Origin: an uncultured Spirochaetota bacterium
GTDB taxonomy: Bacteria; Spirochaetota; Brevinematia; Brevinematales; JAOACQ01
Direction of reading: 5' to 3'
Length of the DNA stretch: 64,000 bases
Assembly: GCA_963783575.1 (NCBI GenBank)
Contig: CAWAOD010000006.1
Coordinates: 1 to 64,000 of the forward strand
In this document: piece after piece, positions 13,029 to 24,037 of the stretch
Layout of the letters: every line of letters begins with the position of its first letter
How positions within the stretch are numbered: the stretch's first letter is position 1
Position numbers and translations under genes: made by a program
The notes under the pieces: model-generated
The model's input: the letters and a program-made list of their open reading frames with translations, nothing else
What the model was told of the DNA's origin: nothing
Database searches by the model: none

Positions 13029-13440
13029 TTATAATTCGACTCTTCTCACAAACTTAACCTTGATCGGAAGTTTATGGGAAGCTAGACGAAACGCTTCTTT
13101 TGCGGAAATTTCATCCACACCGGATATTTCCATTAAAACCCTGCCTGGCTTAATAACGGCAACCCAACCTTCGGGCATTCCTTTACCTTTTCCCATCCTG
13201 ACGCCCTCGCCTTTTTCAGTAATGGGTTTATCAGGAAATACTTTTACCCAGAGCTTTACGCCTCTCTTAAAATATCTGTTAACGGCGACTCTTGCCGCTT
13301 CAATCTGGCGGTCTGTAATCCATTTTGGTTCAAGTGAAATAATCCCATATTCACCAAAGATACCAAATCACCTTTATGTGCGTTTCCTTTATTGTTCCTC
13401 TTTGCTGTTTTCTATATTTGGTTCTACTTGGAAATAGCAT
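13029..13440 (-). pseudogene. rplP: 50S ribosomal protein L16, frameshifted left-arm copy
   Basis: Mirror of 17779-18192 with indels and substitutions. Confidence 0.85.
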
Positions 13441-14074
13441 TATTTTCTCCTTCCTTCTAGCCTTCTTTATATATCCAGACTTTGATTCCAATTACGCCCA
13501 TCTCAGTAAAACTTTCCGATATTTTAAAATCAATATCTGCGGTCAAAGTACTAAGTGGAAGCCTGCCTTCCTTAAACTCTTCGGTCCTGGCTATTTCAGC
13601 GCCATTCAAACGGCCTGAAACCCTGATTTTAATTCCTTTTGCCCCTGATTTCATAGCATTCCTGATGGCCTGCTTTATGGCTCTTTTATATGCAATTCTT
13701 CTTTCTATCTGACGGCTATATCCTGACCTACAACGCTTGCATCCAATTCAGGATTTTTAATTTCCCTTACGGATACTGAAACTTTTTTATCATTAACCAT
13801 CTTTTCAATAGATCTGGAAATATTTTCTATTTCCACGCCTTTTTTACCAATAATAATGCCGGGTTTTGAGCATTTATCGTAACATTAACAAGTTGAGGAA
13901 ACCTGCTAATCTCTATTTTCGAAACAAAAGCTTACCATAATTTTTATTAATGTAATTTCTGATTTTAAAATCCTCCATTAAATAATTAACATAATCCTTT
14001 TCGCTGTACCAAACCGAATCCCAGGTTTTAACAATACCAATTCTGTATGAAACCGGATTGACCTTCTGACCCAT
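13440..14074 (-). pseudogene. rpsC: 30S ribosomal protein S3, frameshifted left-arm copy
   Basis: [11 protein letters not shown] fragment; mirror of 17141-17779. Confidence 0.85.
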
Positions 14075-14141
14075 GTCTCACCTCACTTCAAATCTTTTAA
14101 TAAAAATTATGATGTATAAGAATATAAATTCTGTATTAATA

Positions 14142-14481
14142 TCATTTCACCCCATCACTAACAAGAACGTTCAAATGACACGACTGTTTACGTAGAATGT
14201 CAGCCCTGCCTCTTGCTCTTGGCATCATCCTTTTAATAACCGGCGCCTGGTCGACAAAGATTGCTTCAAGCTTTAAACCGTATCGTTTGCTTCGGGAAAT
14301 CTATTTTTAAAATTTGATTTCGCTGAAAAAATAACTTTATAAGCCATTTTTGATGCTTTATTAGGAAGCAATTTCAGAACACTTAAAGCTTAATTACATC
14401 TTTTCCTCTAATTACTTTAACAACCTTTCTCATTTTAAGAGGAGAAAGTCTTAAATATCTTCCTTTAGCAATTGATTTCAT
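14142..14481 (-). pseudogene. rplV: 50S ribosomal protein L22, frameshifted left-arm copy
   Basis: Mirror of 16730-17071. Confidence 0.8.
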
Positions 14482-14618
14482 ATTATTGCTCCATTCAATA
14501 AGCGTACCACTTTGGTTCGACAGGCTCAGTGCAGGCTTCTTGACCCAGGAATAAATTCCTTACGCAACAAAGTTACGTATAGTTTATGCGCTGCCAAACA
14601 AACTGGCTTTCCGCTATT

Positions 14619-14900
14619 TTACTGTTCTTTTTCCACTTTCTTTGTCCCCGAATGTGCACGAAAAATCCTTGTCGGGGAAAATTCACCAAGTTTATGCCCA
14701 ACCATATTTTCCGATGTATAACAGGTACAAATATTTTACCATTATAAACCTGGATTGTTAAACCTATCATTTCCGGAATAATTGTCGAACGTCTTGACCA
14801 AGTTTTAATAGGTTTTTTATCTAGCGCTTCCTGAGCGCTCAATCACTTTTTTATATAACTTCGAATCGACAAAAGGACCTTTTTTTATTGACCTTGACAT
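14619..14900 (-). pseudogene. rpsS: 30S ribosomal protein S19, frameshifted left-arm copy
   Basis: [12 protein letters not shown] fragment. Confidence 0.85.
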
Positions 14901-14918
14901 TCTGCCCGCTCCATTAAT

Positions 14919-15594
14919 TTATTTCCTCTTGGATAATATCAACTGACTTGATGATTTCCCATGTTTTCTTGTTTTATAACCCTTAGCCGGAACACCTGTC
15001 GGACTTTGAGGAGTTTTATAACCCTTCTGTTTACCACGTCCGCCGCCATGTGGGTGATCAACTTTATTCATCGCTACACCTCTTACAAAAGGACGGATTC
15101 CCATATGCCTGGATACACCGGCTTTACCAAAAAAGACATTCGATGCATCTGCATTACCGACTTCCCCAACTGTAGCACAACAATCAAGAAGTATCATTCT
15201 TATCTAATTTGACGGCAATCTCAAAATCGCGTATCTTCCTTCTTTACCGTCAAGTTTCGCATAAGTTCCTGCAGAACGGGCAATCTGCCCGCCTTTTCCC
15301 GGAAGCATTTCAATATTATGCAGTATTGTTCCTACCGGGATGTTTTTTAAAGGTAATGAATTTCCGATTTTTATTTCAACCCTTTCCCCTCCTTCAATTA
15401 TATCTCCAACTTTCAGTCCATTTGGGGCTAATATGTAGCTTTTTTCCCCATCAATATAATGAAGAAGGGCTATTCTAGCCGAGCGGTTAGGGTCATATTC
15501 AATCGACATAACTTTTGCCTGAACATCTCGCTTTTCTCTTTTAAAATCGATCAAGCGGGCAAACTTTTGCTTCCTCCGCCTCTATGCCTTACGG
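14919..15594 (-). pseudogene. rplB: 50S ribosomal protein L2, 5'-truncated left-arm copy
   Basis: [20 protein letters not shown]; begins at the fold point. Confidence 0.9.
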
Positions 15595-16293
15595 AAGGAA
15601 CAGCGGAGGCAGGATCACCGTAAGGCATAGAGGCGGAGGAAGCAAAAAGTTTTACCGCTTGATCGATTTTAAAAGAGAAAAGCGAGATGTTCAGGCAAAA
15701 GTTATGTCGATTGAATATGACCCTAACCGCTCGGCTAGAATAGCCCTTCTTCATTATATTGATGGGGAAAAAAGCTACATATTAGCCCCAAATGGACTGA
15801 AAGTTGGAGATAGAATTGAAGCAGGGGAAAGGGTTGAAATAAAAATCGGAAATTCATTACCTTTAAAAAACATCCCGGTAGGAACAATACTGCATAATAT
15901 TGAAATGCTTCCGGGAAAAGGCGGGCAGATTGCCCGTTCTGCAGGAACTTATGCGAAACTTGACGAGTAAAGAAGGAAGATACGCGATTTTGAGATTGCC
16001 GTCAAATGAGATAAGAATGGTGCTTCTTGAATGTTGTGTACAGTTGGGGAAGTCGGTAATGCAGATGCATCGAATGTCTTTTTTGGTAAAGCCGGTGTAT
16101 CCAGGCATATGGGAATCCGTCCTTTTGTAAGAGGTGTAGCGATGAATAAAGTTGATCACCCACATGGCGGCGGACGTGGTAAACAGAAGGGTTATAAAAC
16201 TCCTCAAAGTCCGACAGGTGTTCCGGCTAAGGGTTATAAAACAAGAAACATGGGAAATCATCAAGTCAGTTGATATTATCCAAGAGGAAATAA
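15592..16293 (+). pseudogene. rplB: 50S ribosomal protein L2, N-terminus missing (starts at [16 protein letters not shown]) with frameshifts
   Basis: Conserved L2 motifs over three frames; truncated at the palindrome centre. Confidence 0.9.
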
Positions 16294-16309
16294 ATTAATG
16301 GAGCGCAGA

Positions 16310-16591
16310 ATGTCAAGGTCAATAAAAAAAGGTCCTTTTGTAGATTCGAAGTTATATAAAAAAGTGATTGACGCTCAGGAAGCGCTAGATAAAAAACCTA
16401 TTAAAACTTGGTCAAGACGTTCGACAATTATTCCGGAAATGATAGGTTTAACAATCCAGGTTTATAATGGTAAAATATTTGTACCTGTTTATACATCGGA
16501 AAATATGGTTGGGCATAAACTTGGTGAATTTTCCCCGACAAGGATTTTTCGTGCACATTCGGGGACAAAGAAAGTGGAAAAAGAACAGTAA
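16310..16591 (+). CDS. rpsS: 30S ribosomal protein S19
   Basis: [25 protein letters not shown]. Confidence 0.96.
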   Translation: MSRSIKKGPFVDSKLYKKVIDAQEALDKKPIKTWSRRSTIIPEMIGLTIQVYNGKIFVPVYTSENMVGHKLGEFSPTRIFRAHSGTKKVEKEQ

Positions 16592-16729
16592 AATAGCGGA
16601 AAGCCAGTTTGTTTGGCAGCGCAGTAAACTATACGTAACTTTGTTGCGTAAGGAATTTATTCCTGGGTCAAGAAGCCTGCACTGAGCCTGTCGAACCAAA
16701 GTGGTACGCTTATTGAATGGAGCTATAAT
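16592..16729 (+). other. Structured intergenic insert between rpsS and rplV (several hairpins, REP-like motif)
   Basis: Stems gcca/tggc, tacgtaac/gttgcgta, aggaat/attcct and motif cactgagcctgtcgaa. Confidence 0.5.
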
Positions 16730-17071
16730 ATGAAAGCATTGGCAAAAGCAAGATATTTGAGAATTTCTCCTCTTAAAATGAGAAAGGTTGTTAAAGTAAT
16801 TAGAGGAAAAGATGTAGATTATGCTTTAAGTGTTCTGAAATTGCTTCCTAATAAAGCATCAAAAATGGCTTATAAAGTTATTTTTTCAGCGAAATCAAAT
16901 TTTAAAAATAGATTTCCCGAAGCTAGCGATACCGGTTTAAAGCTTGAAGCAATCTTTGTCGACCAGGCGCCGGTTATTAAAAGGATGATGCCAAGAGCAA
17001 GAGGCAGGGCTGACATTCTACGTAAACAGTCGTGTCATTTGAACGTTCTTGTTAGTGATGGGGTGAAATGA
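16730..17071 (+). CDS. rplV: 50S ribosomal protein L22
   Basis: RISPLKMR, PRARGRA. Confidence 0.96.
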   Translation: MKALAKARYLRISPLKMRKVVKVIRGKDVDYALSVLKLLPNKASKMAYKVIFSAKSNFKNRFPEASDTGLKLEAIFVDQAPVIKRMMPRARGRADILRKQSCHLNVLVSDGVK

Positions 17072-17140
17072 TATTAATACAGAATTTATATTCTTATAAT
17101 TATCATAATTTTTATTAAAAGATTTGAAGTGAGGTAATAC

Positions 17141-17779
17141 ATGGGTCAGAAGGTAAATCCGGTTTCATACAGAATTGGTATTGTTAAAACTTGGGATTCG
17201 GTTTGGTACAGCGAAAAGGATTATGTTAATTATTTAATGGAGGATTTTAAAATCAGAAATTACATTAATAAAAATTACGGTAAGGCTTTTGTTTCGAAAA
17301 TAGAGATTAGCAGGTTTCCTCAACTTGTTAATGTTACGATAAATGCCTCAAAACCCGGCATTATTATTGGTAAAAAAGGCGTGGAAATAGAAAATATTTC
17401 CAGATCTATTGAAAAGATGGTTAATAATAAAAAAGTTTCAGTATCCGTAAGGGAAATTAAAAATCCTGAATTGGATGCAAGCGTTGTAGGTCAGGATATT
17501 GCCCGTCAGATAGAAAGAAGAATTGCATATAAAAGAGCCATAAAGCAGGCCATCAGGAATGCTATGAAATCAGGGGCAAAAGGAATTAAAATCAGGGTAT
17601 CAGGCCGTTTGAATGGCGCTGAAATAGCCAGGACGGAAGAGTTTAAGGAAGGCAGGCTTCCACTTAGTACTTTGACCGCAGATATTGATTTTAAAATATC
17701 GGAAAGTTTTACTGAGATGGGCGTAATTGGAATCAAAGTCTGGATATATAAAGAAGAGCTAGAAGGAAGGAGAAAATAA
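17141..17779 (+). CDS. rpsC: 30S ribosomal protein S3
   Basis: [26 protein letters not shown]. Confidence 0.97.
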   Translation: MGQKVNPVSYRIGIVKTWDSVWYSEKDYVNYLMEDFKIRNYINKNYGKAFVSKIEISRFPQLVNVTINASKPGIIIGKKGVEIENISRSIEKMVNNKKVSVSVREIKNPELDASVVGQDIARQIERRIAYKRAIKQAIRNAMKSGAKGIKIRVSGRLNGAEIARTEEFKEGRLPLSTLTADIDFKISESFTEMGVIGIKVWIYKEELEGRRK

Positions 17780-18192
17780 TGCTATTTCCAAGTAGAACCA
17801 AATATAGAAAACAGCAAAGAGGAACAATAAAAGGAAACGCACATAAAGGTGATTTGGTATCTTTCGGTGAATATGGGATTATTTCACTTGAACCAAAATG
17901 GATTACAGACCGCCAGATTGAAGCGGCAAGAGTCGCCGTTAACAGATATTTAAAGCGTGGCGTGAAGCTCTGGGTAAAAGTATTTCCTGATAAACCGATT
18001 ACTGCAAAAGGAGAAGGCGTCAGGATGGGAAAAGGTAAAGGAATGCCCGAAGGTTGGGTTGCCGTTATTAAGCCAGGCAGGGTTTTAATGGAAATATCCG
18101 GTGTGGATGAAATTTCCGCAAAAGAAGCGTTTCGTCTAGCTTCCCATAAACTTCCGATCAAGGTTAAGTTTGTGAGAAGAGTCGAATTATAA
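17779..18192 (+). CDS. rplP: 50S ribosomal protein L16
   Basis: RQIEAAR, RMGKGKG. Confidence 0.97.
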   Translation: MLFPSRTKYRKQQRGTIKGNAHKGDLVSFGEYGIISLEPKWITDRQIEAARVAVNRYLKRGVKLWVKVFPDKPITAKGEGVRMGKGKGMPEGWVAVIKPGRVLMEISGVDEISAKEAFRLASHKLPIKVKFVRRVEL

Positions 18193-18205
18193 TCAGGGGA
18201 AAATT

Positions 18206-18412
18206 ATGATTAAAAAAAAGCTTAAAGAATTAAGGGAATTATCCAATGAAGAACTGGTTAAAATGATAAAAGATACAGAAGCCGCGATGAGACTAATCAG
18301 GTTCAAAGCTAAAATTGAAAAACCTGCTAATCCGATGGAGAAAAGAAATCTTCAAAAGAAGGTTGCTGTAATTAATACATTATTAAAAGAACGTGAATTA
18401 AAGAAGAGCTAG
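18206..18412 (+). CDS. rpmC: 50S ribosomal protein L29
   Basis: Size, basic helical composition and operon position. Confidence 0.92.
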   Translation: MIKKKLKELRELSNEELVKMIKDTEAAMRLIRFKAKIEKPANPMEKRNLQKKVAVINTLLKERELKKS

Positions 18413-18423
18413 GGAGCGTTTTT

Positions 18424-18681
18424 ATGAGTGAAACTGGTAATAAAAAAACAATGGTTGGAGTTGTTTTAAGTGATAAAATGAATAAAAGCAGAGTCATTGT
18501 TACTGAAGGTGTAAAAAAACATCCGGCTTATGGTAAGTTTTTAAAAACAAGAAAGAAATATTTTGTTCATGATGCTGACAATAAAAGCAAAGCTGGCGAT
18601 AGGGTTGTCTTACAGGAAACAATACCTATCAGTAAGAATAAGAGATGGAAAATCATTGAAATATTGAATAAGATGGCTTGA
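18424..18681 (+). CDS. rpsQ: 30S ribosomal protein S17
   Basis: [24 protein letters not shown]. Confidence 0.96.
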   Translation: MSETGNKKTMVGVVLSDKMNKSRVIVTEGVKKHPAYGKFLKTRKKYFVHDADNKSKAGDRVVLQETIPISKNKRWKIIEILNKMA

Positions 18682-18694
18682 TGGGAGGAACACT

Positions 18695-19063
18695 ATGATA
18701 ATGCTGGGTACCAGGCTGGATGTGGCTGATAATACAGGTGCAAAATTAATAGAATGTTTTCATGTTGAAGGAAGCTCTAAAAGAAGATATGCTTATGTTG
18801 GTGATACGATCATTGCCGCAGTTAAAATGGCCCTTCCGAATTCATCGGTAAAAAAAGGGGAAGTGGTTAGAGCGGTAATAGTCAGAACTAAAAAAGAGCT
18901 TAGAAGAAAAGACGGATCCTGTTTAAGATTTGATAGGAATTCAGCTGTTTTAATCGATAAACAAAGTGAACCCAGGGGCACAAGAATTTTTGGGCCTGTT
19001 GCAAGGGAACTCAGGGATAAAAACTTTATGAAAATTGTCTCATTAGCGCCTGAAGTATTTTAG
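18695..19063 (+). CDS. rplN: 50S ribosomal protein L14
   Basis: [18 protein letters not shown]. Confidence 0.97.
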   Translation: MIMLGTRLDVADNTGAKLIECFHVEGSSKRRYAYVGDTIIAAVKMALPNSSVKKGEVVRAVIVRTKKELRRKDGSCLRFDRNSAVLIDKQSEPRGTRIFGPVARELRDKNFMKIVSLAPEVF

Positions 19064-19075
19064 GAGATTTATTCT

Positions 19076-19390
19076 ATGGAAAAGATTATTAAAGGCGATC
19101 AGGTCTTGATTATATCGGGTAGGGATAAAGGGAAAAAGGGAGAAGTTATTCGTGTAGCTGTAAAGCAAAAAGCCCTTATTGTTAAAGGTGTGAATCTTGT
19201 TAAAAAATCAGTAAAAAAATCAAAGGAAAAACCGTCCGGTGGTTTTATAGAGGTTGAAGCGCCGATTCAAATTTCCAATGCGATGGTAATTTGTCCGTCT
19301 TGTGGGAAAGGTGTTCGTGTTGGTATGAAAATTGATGATAAAGGTGCTAAAAAAAGAATTTGCAAAAGCTGTCAGCATAAATTTGAATAG
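19076..19390 (+). CDS. rplX: 50S ribosomal protein L24
   Basis: [20 protein letters not shown] motif, EAPIQISN. Confidence 0.96.
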   Translation: MEKIIKGDQVLIISGRDKGKKGEVIRVAVKQKALIVKGVNLVKKSVKKSKEKPSGGFIEVEAPIQISNAMVICPSCGKGVRVGMKIDDKGAKKRICKSCQHKFE

Positions 19391-19404
19391 ACGAGAGGTT
19401 AATA

Positions 19405-20118
19405 ATGAGCGCGGAAAAAACAGAAAAAGAGGCCAAGAAAACTAAGACTGAAAAAGAACCGAAGGTTGTAAAGGAACCAAAGGTTCCAATGGAATCCAAA
19501 CCTGCGGTTGAAGGTAAAGAAATAAAAGAAGCAAAAGAAAAAAAGACTGTGAAAAAAGTCGAATCTGTTAAATATATACCAAGAATGAAATATGTTTATG
19601 ATAATGAAGCTGTTAAAGGTTTGACGGCACTTTATAAATATACAACTCCTATGGCTGTCCCAAGGCTTGTAAAAGTGATTGTCAATGTAGGTCTTGGAGA
19701 AGCAACACAAGACAAGGCTATATTAGATCCTTCTGTTGAAGAAATAACTTTAATTGCAGGACAAAGGGCTATTAAAACCTATGCAAAAAAGTCAATTTCT
19801 AATTTTCATCTTAGGGAAGGCATGCCGATTGGTGTTAGAGTAACTTTACGAGGCAGCAGAATGTTTGATTTTATGGATAAACTTGTCTCTGTAGCGCTTC
19901 CTCGGGTAAGGGACTTTAAAGGTCTTAATCCTTCCAGTTTTGATGGTAGAGGGAATTATACTATAGGTTTAAAAGAACAGCTTGTATTTCCCGAAATTGA
20001 TTACGATAAAATAAAAAAAATCAGGGGAATGGATATTACAATAGTAACAACAGCTAAAAATGATGAAGAGGCTTTACAGTTATTTAAACATCTTGGATTT
20101 CCGTTTAAGGATAAATAA
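19405..20118 (+). CDS. rplE: 50S ribosomal protein L5 with Lys/Glu-rich N-terminal extension
   Basis: L5 core from YIPRMK onward; RBS gagagg upstream of ATG 19405. Confidence 0.96.
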   Translation: MSAEKTEKEAKKTKTEKEPKVVKEPKVPMESKPAVEGKEIKEAKEKKTVKKVESVKYIPRMKYVYDNEAVKGLTALYKYTTPMAVPRLVKVIVNVGLGEATQDKAILDPSVEEITLIAGQRAIKTYAKKSISNFHLREGMPIGVRVTLRGSRMFDFMDKLVSVALPRVRDFKGLNPSSFDGRGNYTIGLKEQLVFPEIDYDKIKKIRGMDITIVTTAKNDEEALQLFKHLGFPFKDK

Positions 20119-20148
20119 TATTCAATCAATGTATTTGTGGAGGATTTA

Positions 20149-20334
20149 ATGGCTAAGAAGTCGTTGGTAGTTAAATGGAAAAAACCTAAAAAGTTTAAAG
20201 TAAGAGAATATAATAGATGCAAACTATGCGGACGTCCCAGGGCTTATATGAGAGATTTCGGATTATGCAGGGAATGTTTTAGAAAGTTTGTATCGCAGGG
20301 CTTAATTCCAGGAGTTATTAAATCAAGCTGGTAG
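20149..20334 (+). CDS. rpsN: 30S ribosomal protein S14, Zn-binding type
   Basis: CxxC...CxxC, 61 aa; RBS ggagg. Confidence 0.96.
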   Translation: MAKKSLVVKWKKPKKFKVREYNRCKLCGRPRAYMRDFGLCRECFRKFVSQGLIPGVIKSSW

Positions 20335-20364
20335 TGTTTTTTTAGTATTTATTTGGAGAAGTAT

Positions 20365-20748
20365 ATGGATATAGTTGCGGATACTTTAAGCAAATTAAAA
20401 AATTCAATTTCCAGAAAGGCGGCTAGGGTTGACGTAAAGAAAGCCGGTTTGATAGGGGATATTTTAAGCGTTATGAAAAAAGAAGGTTATATTATAGATT
20501 TTAAAGACTCTTCTGAAAGTAAATATTCCTATACAGTAAGTCTGAAGTATGTTAATGGGAAACCGGCTGTTATGGGGTTTAAGAGAATAAGCAAACTCAG
20601 CAGAAGAGTTTATTCAAGTGTCGACAGTTTACCGCGTGTTTTTAACAACTTTGGTATTGCTTTGATTACAACATCCAAGGGAGTTTTAACCGACAAAGAA
20701 GCAAGGTCCCTTGGAGTCGGCGGTGAAGTTTTATGTTATATTTGGTAG
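20365..20748 (+). CDS. rpsH: 30S ribosomal protein S8
   Basis: GGEVLCYIW C-terminus. Confidence 0.96.
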   Translation: MDIVADTLSKLKNSISRKAARVDVKKAGLIGDILSVMKKEGYIIDFKDSSESKYSYTVSLKYVNGKPAVMGFKRISKLSRRVYSSVDSLPRVFNNFGIALITTSKGVLTDKEARSLGVGGEVLCYIW

Positions 20749-20758
20749 GAGTTGATTC

Positions 20759-21301
20759 ATGTCACGGTTAGCAAAAAAGACTTTGATAATTCCCGATGGG
20801 GTAAAAGTATCCGTTAAAAACGGCGTTTTTTTTATTGAGGGAAAGCTTGGTAAACTACAGATGCCGTTCTTAACAAATTTTGTTGATATCATCATCAGCG
20901 GCAAAGAAATTAGAGTCGAAAGGAAAGGAGATACTAATAATTTTAAAGCCTGCCAGGGCTTATATTGGAGATTGATAAGGAATTTAATAATGGGAGTTTC
21001 TGAAGGTTTTTCCAAGATATTATCAATTCAGGGTTTGGGTTATAAATGGGAAATAAAAGGGAAGGAATTGATTCTTACAGTCGGTTTTTCAAAACCCGCC
21101 GTTTTTAAAATTCCTGACGGTGTAACATTAAAACTTGAAACTCCGCCAACTTCTTTAGTGATAAGCGGCTGTGATAAACAGTTGGTTGGCCAGGTTGCAG
21201 CAAATATAAGAATGGTCAGACCGCCCGAGCCATATAAAGGAAAAGGGATCAGATATCAAAATGAAAGAATTAAGCTGAAAGAAGGCAAGACGGCTAAATA
21301 G
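20759..21301 (+). CDS. rplF: 50S ribosomal protein L6
   Basis: DKQLVGQVAANIR, PEPYKGKG. Confidence 0.97.
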   Translation: MSRLAKKTLIIPDGVKVSVKNGVFFIEGKLGKLQMPFLTNFVDIIISGKEIRVERKGDTNNFKACQGLYWRLIRNLIMGVSEGFSKILSIQGLGYKWEIKGKELILTVGFSKPAVFKIPDGVTLKLETPPTSLVISGCDKQLVGQVAANIRMVRPPEPYKGKGIRYQNERIKLKEGKTAK

Positions 21302-21322
21302 CTGATAAGAAAGGGGATTAAA

Positions 21323-21691
21323 ATGATTGATATAACTAAAGACAAAAGAAGAAAATTTGCCAAGGCAAAGAAAAGAAGCAAGGGAAATTTGACTTATTCT
21401 ATAGACCGGCCGAGAATGCTTGTTTTCAGGTCAAAAAAGTATCTTTATGTTCAGGTTTTAGATGACTTAAATGGAAAAGTTGTTTGTACCTTGTCTTCAA
21501 TATCAAAAGAACTGAAAGAAAAAAAACTGGGAAAGAATATAAAAAGTGCGTCTGTTTTGGGACAGGAAATGGCAAAAAAATTGAAAGATTTAAAAATTGA
21601 ATCGATTTGCTTTGATAGAAATGGCTTTAAATATCATGGAAAAATTAAGGCTCTTGCAGATGCCTGCAGGGCCGGAGGGATTAAATTCTAG
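21323..21691 (+). CDS. rplR: 50S ribosomal protein L18
   Basis: [19 protein letters not shown]. Confidence 0.96.
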   Translation: MIDITKDKRRKFAKAKKRSKGNLTYSIDRPRMLVFRSKKYLYVQVLDDLNGKVVCTLSSISKELKEKKLGKNIKSASVLGQEMAKKLKDLKIESICFDRNGFKYHGKIKALADACRAGGIKF

Positions 21692-21709
21692 TTTTCATTG
21701 AGGTGAATA

Positions 21710-22231
21710 ATGGCTAATAGGGAAAATACCAGAAATGCTGTGAAAAGTGAATGGGAAGAAAAAGTAGTCAGTTTGAGAAGAGCGGCAAAGGTTACAACAG
21801 GTGGAAAAAGATTCAGATTCAACGCTATAGTTATTGTTGGTAATGGTAAAGGAATGGTTGGTATCGGATACGGTAAAGCGAATGAACTTGCCGATGCGAT
21901 TAAAAAATCAAAGGATAAAGCCATTAAGGCAGCGAAGGCGATATGCATGAAAAATACTACCATACCGCATGAAATTATAGGAAAATTTAAAAGCGGCGTT
22001 ATTTTACTTAGGCCTGCTTCCAAAGGGACTGGAGTGATTGCGGGTGGAGCAGTAAGGCCGGTTCTTGAGTTAGCCGGAATAAAGGATGTTTTGACTAAAT
22101 CGCTGCGGTCAACAAATCCTGTAAATCTTGTTAAGGCAACACTGAACGCTCTTTATAGCCTGATGGATATAAATATTGTAGCCGCAAGACGTGATAAAAC
22201 TATGGCCGATATTTTTGGGAGCGTGAAGTAA
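21710..22231 (+). CDS. rpsE: 30S ribosomal protein S5
   Basis: [18 protein letters not shown]. Confidence 0.97.
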   Translation: MANRENTRNAVKSEWEEKVVSLRRAAKVTTGGKRFRFNAIVIVGNGKGMVGIGYGKANELADAIKKSKDKAIKAAKAICMKNTTIPHEIIGKFKSGVILLRPASKGTGVIAGGAVRPVLELAGIKDVLTKSLRSTNPVNLVKATLNALYSLMDINIVAARRDKTMADIFGSVK

Positions 22232-22252
22232 TAAAAGTCATCTGGAGGGAAT

Positions 22253-22690
22253 ATGTCTGTAATTAAAATAAATAAATATTCCGTTAAGAAAGTAAAAAGG
22301 GTCGGAAGGGGCATAGGAAGTGGAAGAGGCGGGTTTTCTGGTAGAGGAGCAAAGGGGCAGAAGGCAAGATCAGGTGGTTCAATCCGTCCGAGATTTGAAG
22401 GCGGGCAGATGCCTCTTTATAGAAGACTTCCAAAAAGAGGCTTTAAACCCTTTAGCAGACTGGTTTATAATATTATCAATATAAACACACTGGGTGTATT
22501 TGCTGAAAATTCAGAAATTACGATAAGCGTTTTGAAAGAAAAAGGGCTTATTAAGGATAACAGTCTTCCTGTAAAATTATTGGCTGATGGGAAACTTGAG
22601 GTCAAAGGTTTAAAAATAACAGTTAATAAATGTTCAAAAGCGGCCAAGGAAAAAATTGAAACTTTAGGCGGAAGTGTTGTACTGGTTTAG
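22253..22690 (+). CDS. rplO: 50S ribosomal protein L15
   Basis: RVGRGIGSG, FEGGQMPL. Confidence 0.97.
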   Translation: MSVIKINKYSVKKVKRVGRGIGSGRGGFSGRGAKGQKARSGGSIRPRFEGGQMPLYRRLPKRGFKPFSRLVYNIININTLGVFAENSEITISVLKEKGLIKDNSLPVKLLADGKLEVKGLKITVNKCSKAAKEKIETLGGSVVLV

Positions 22691-22714
22691 AATTGAGAAA
22701 GTTTGGGAGAAAGT

Positions 22715-24032
22715 ATGTTAAAGGCCTTTATTAATATTTTTAAAGTACCGGAATTAAGAAAGCGTTTTTGGTTCACTATTAGTATGCTTGTTATATTCCG
22801 TATTGGAGCATGGATTCCGGTTCCTGGGGTTGATCTTGTACGTTTACTTGAAACCACCAGACATACTGCCGGTAGCGGCGGACTTGCTGATTTTTTAAAC
22901 CTATTTTCCGGTGGAGCGAGAGATAACGCCTCAATATTTTCTCTTGGCGTTATGCCTTACATAACATCCCAGATTATTATGCAGCTATTAAAAGCGGTCG
23001 TTCCTGCGGTAGACAGAATGCTTAAAGAGGGACCGGAAGGCCAGGAAGAAATTTCAACAGTACGGAAGAATGGGGACTGTAATTGTTACATTGATTCAAG
23101 GGGTTATTTTCGCCAGGGGATTGATAAATACAAATATGGCAGGCCAATTTTTAACAATAAATGATAATTCCTTTATTGTTATTTTTACATTGGCAGCAAC
23201 AGCTGGTACATTAATTTTAATGTGGATGGGAGAACAGATTACCGAGAGAGGCATTGGTAATGGTATTTCACTAATAATTATGGCAGGTATAATAGCCCGT
23301 CTGCCGCATTCTATTTTTGCAATGTTTACTGGTGTTGAGAAAGGCGCAACCGATCCAATGAACCTTGTTATCGTACTTGGTCTGTTTGTTGTAGTTATAG
23401 GACTGGTTGTATTTGAAGAACAGGGTTTAAGAAAAATCCCCATTCAATATGCAAACCGTGCAATTGCCGGAGGAGCCAGGTCAGGTCAGGTTTCGTTTTT
23501 ACCTTTTAAGGTTAATCCAACAGGAGTAATACCGATTATTTTTGCATCAAGCTTATTAATCTTGCCGGGAAGTGTGGCTCAATGGTTTGGTGGAAAATCG
23601 GAGTTATTTTTAATTATAAGTCAGAATCTTTCACCGGGGCAACTATGGTATTCTATAGTATATTTTGCCTTAATACTATTTTTTGCTTATTTTTATATGC
23701 AGATAGAGTTGAACCCGCATGATATTGCAGAAAATCTCAGAAAATCCGGAGGGTTTGTACCTGGTGTAAGGCCAGGACAGAAAACAGAAGAATTTATTGA
23801 ATTTACATTAAATAGGATAACTTTGCCAGGCGCTATTTTTTTAGGAGCAATAGCTCTGACTCCAAATTTTGTAATAAGAGCTTTGAATGTTCCAAGCGCC
23901 CTGGGTTATTTGATGGGGGGAACTTCATTATTAATTATGGTTGGTGTTGCTCTGGATACACTAAAGCAGGTTGAATCACATTTAATGATGCATCATCTGG
24001 ATGGGTTTTTGACAAGAGCCGGTAAAAAATAG
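22715..24032 (+). CDS. secY: Preprotein translocase SecY (one apparent +1 frameshift at ~23041, likely sequencing error)
   Basis: Two ORFs join into full SecY; the left copy lacks the extra C. Confidence 0.93.
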
Positions 24033-24037
24033 GTGGT

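Larger units (their letters stand above)
1..15594. repeat. Left arm of giant inverted duplication (reverse complement of 15618-31232); probable fold-back artefact
   Basis: Position 1 ttatcttaac is the reverse complement of ...gttaagataa ending at 31232; identical proteins occur in mirrored order on the opposite strand. Confidence 0.97.

Noticed and set aside
1..15594. A second, functionally diverged ribosomal operon
   Set aside because: Proteins are identical where intact and the differences are dominated by frameshifts; both L2 copies are truncated at the same point.
15585..15627. Covalently closed hairpin telomere (Borrelia/N15 type) read through by long reads
   Set aside because: The fold lies inside essential rplB and has a 23-nt asymmetric coding spacer rather than a perfect telomere palindrome; no telomere resolvase is in the window.
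15584..15970. Novel short L2 variant starting MPYGRNSGG
   Set aside because: The ATG comes from the reverse-complement arm and is created by the junction.
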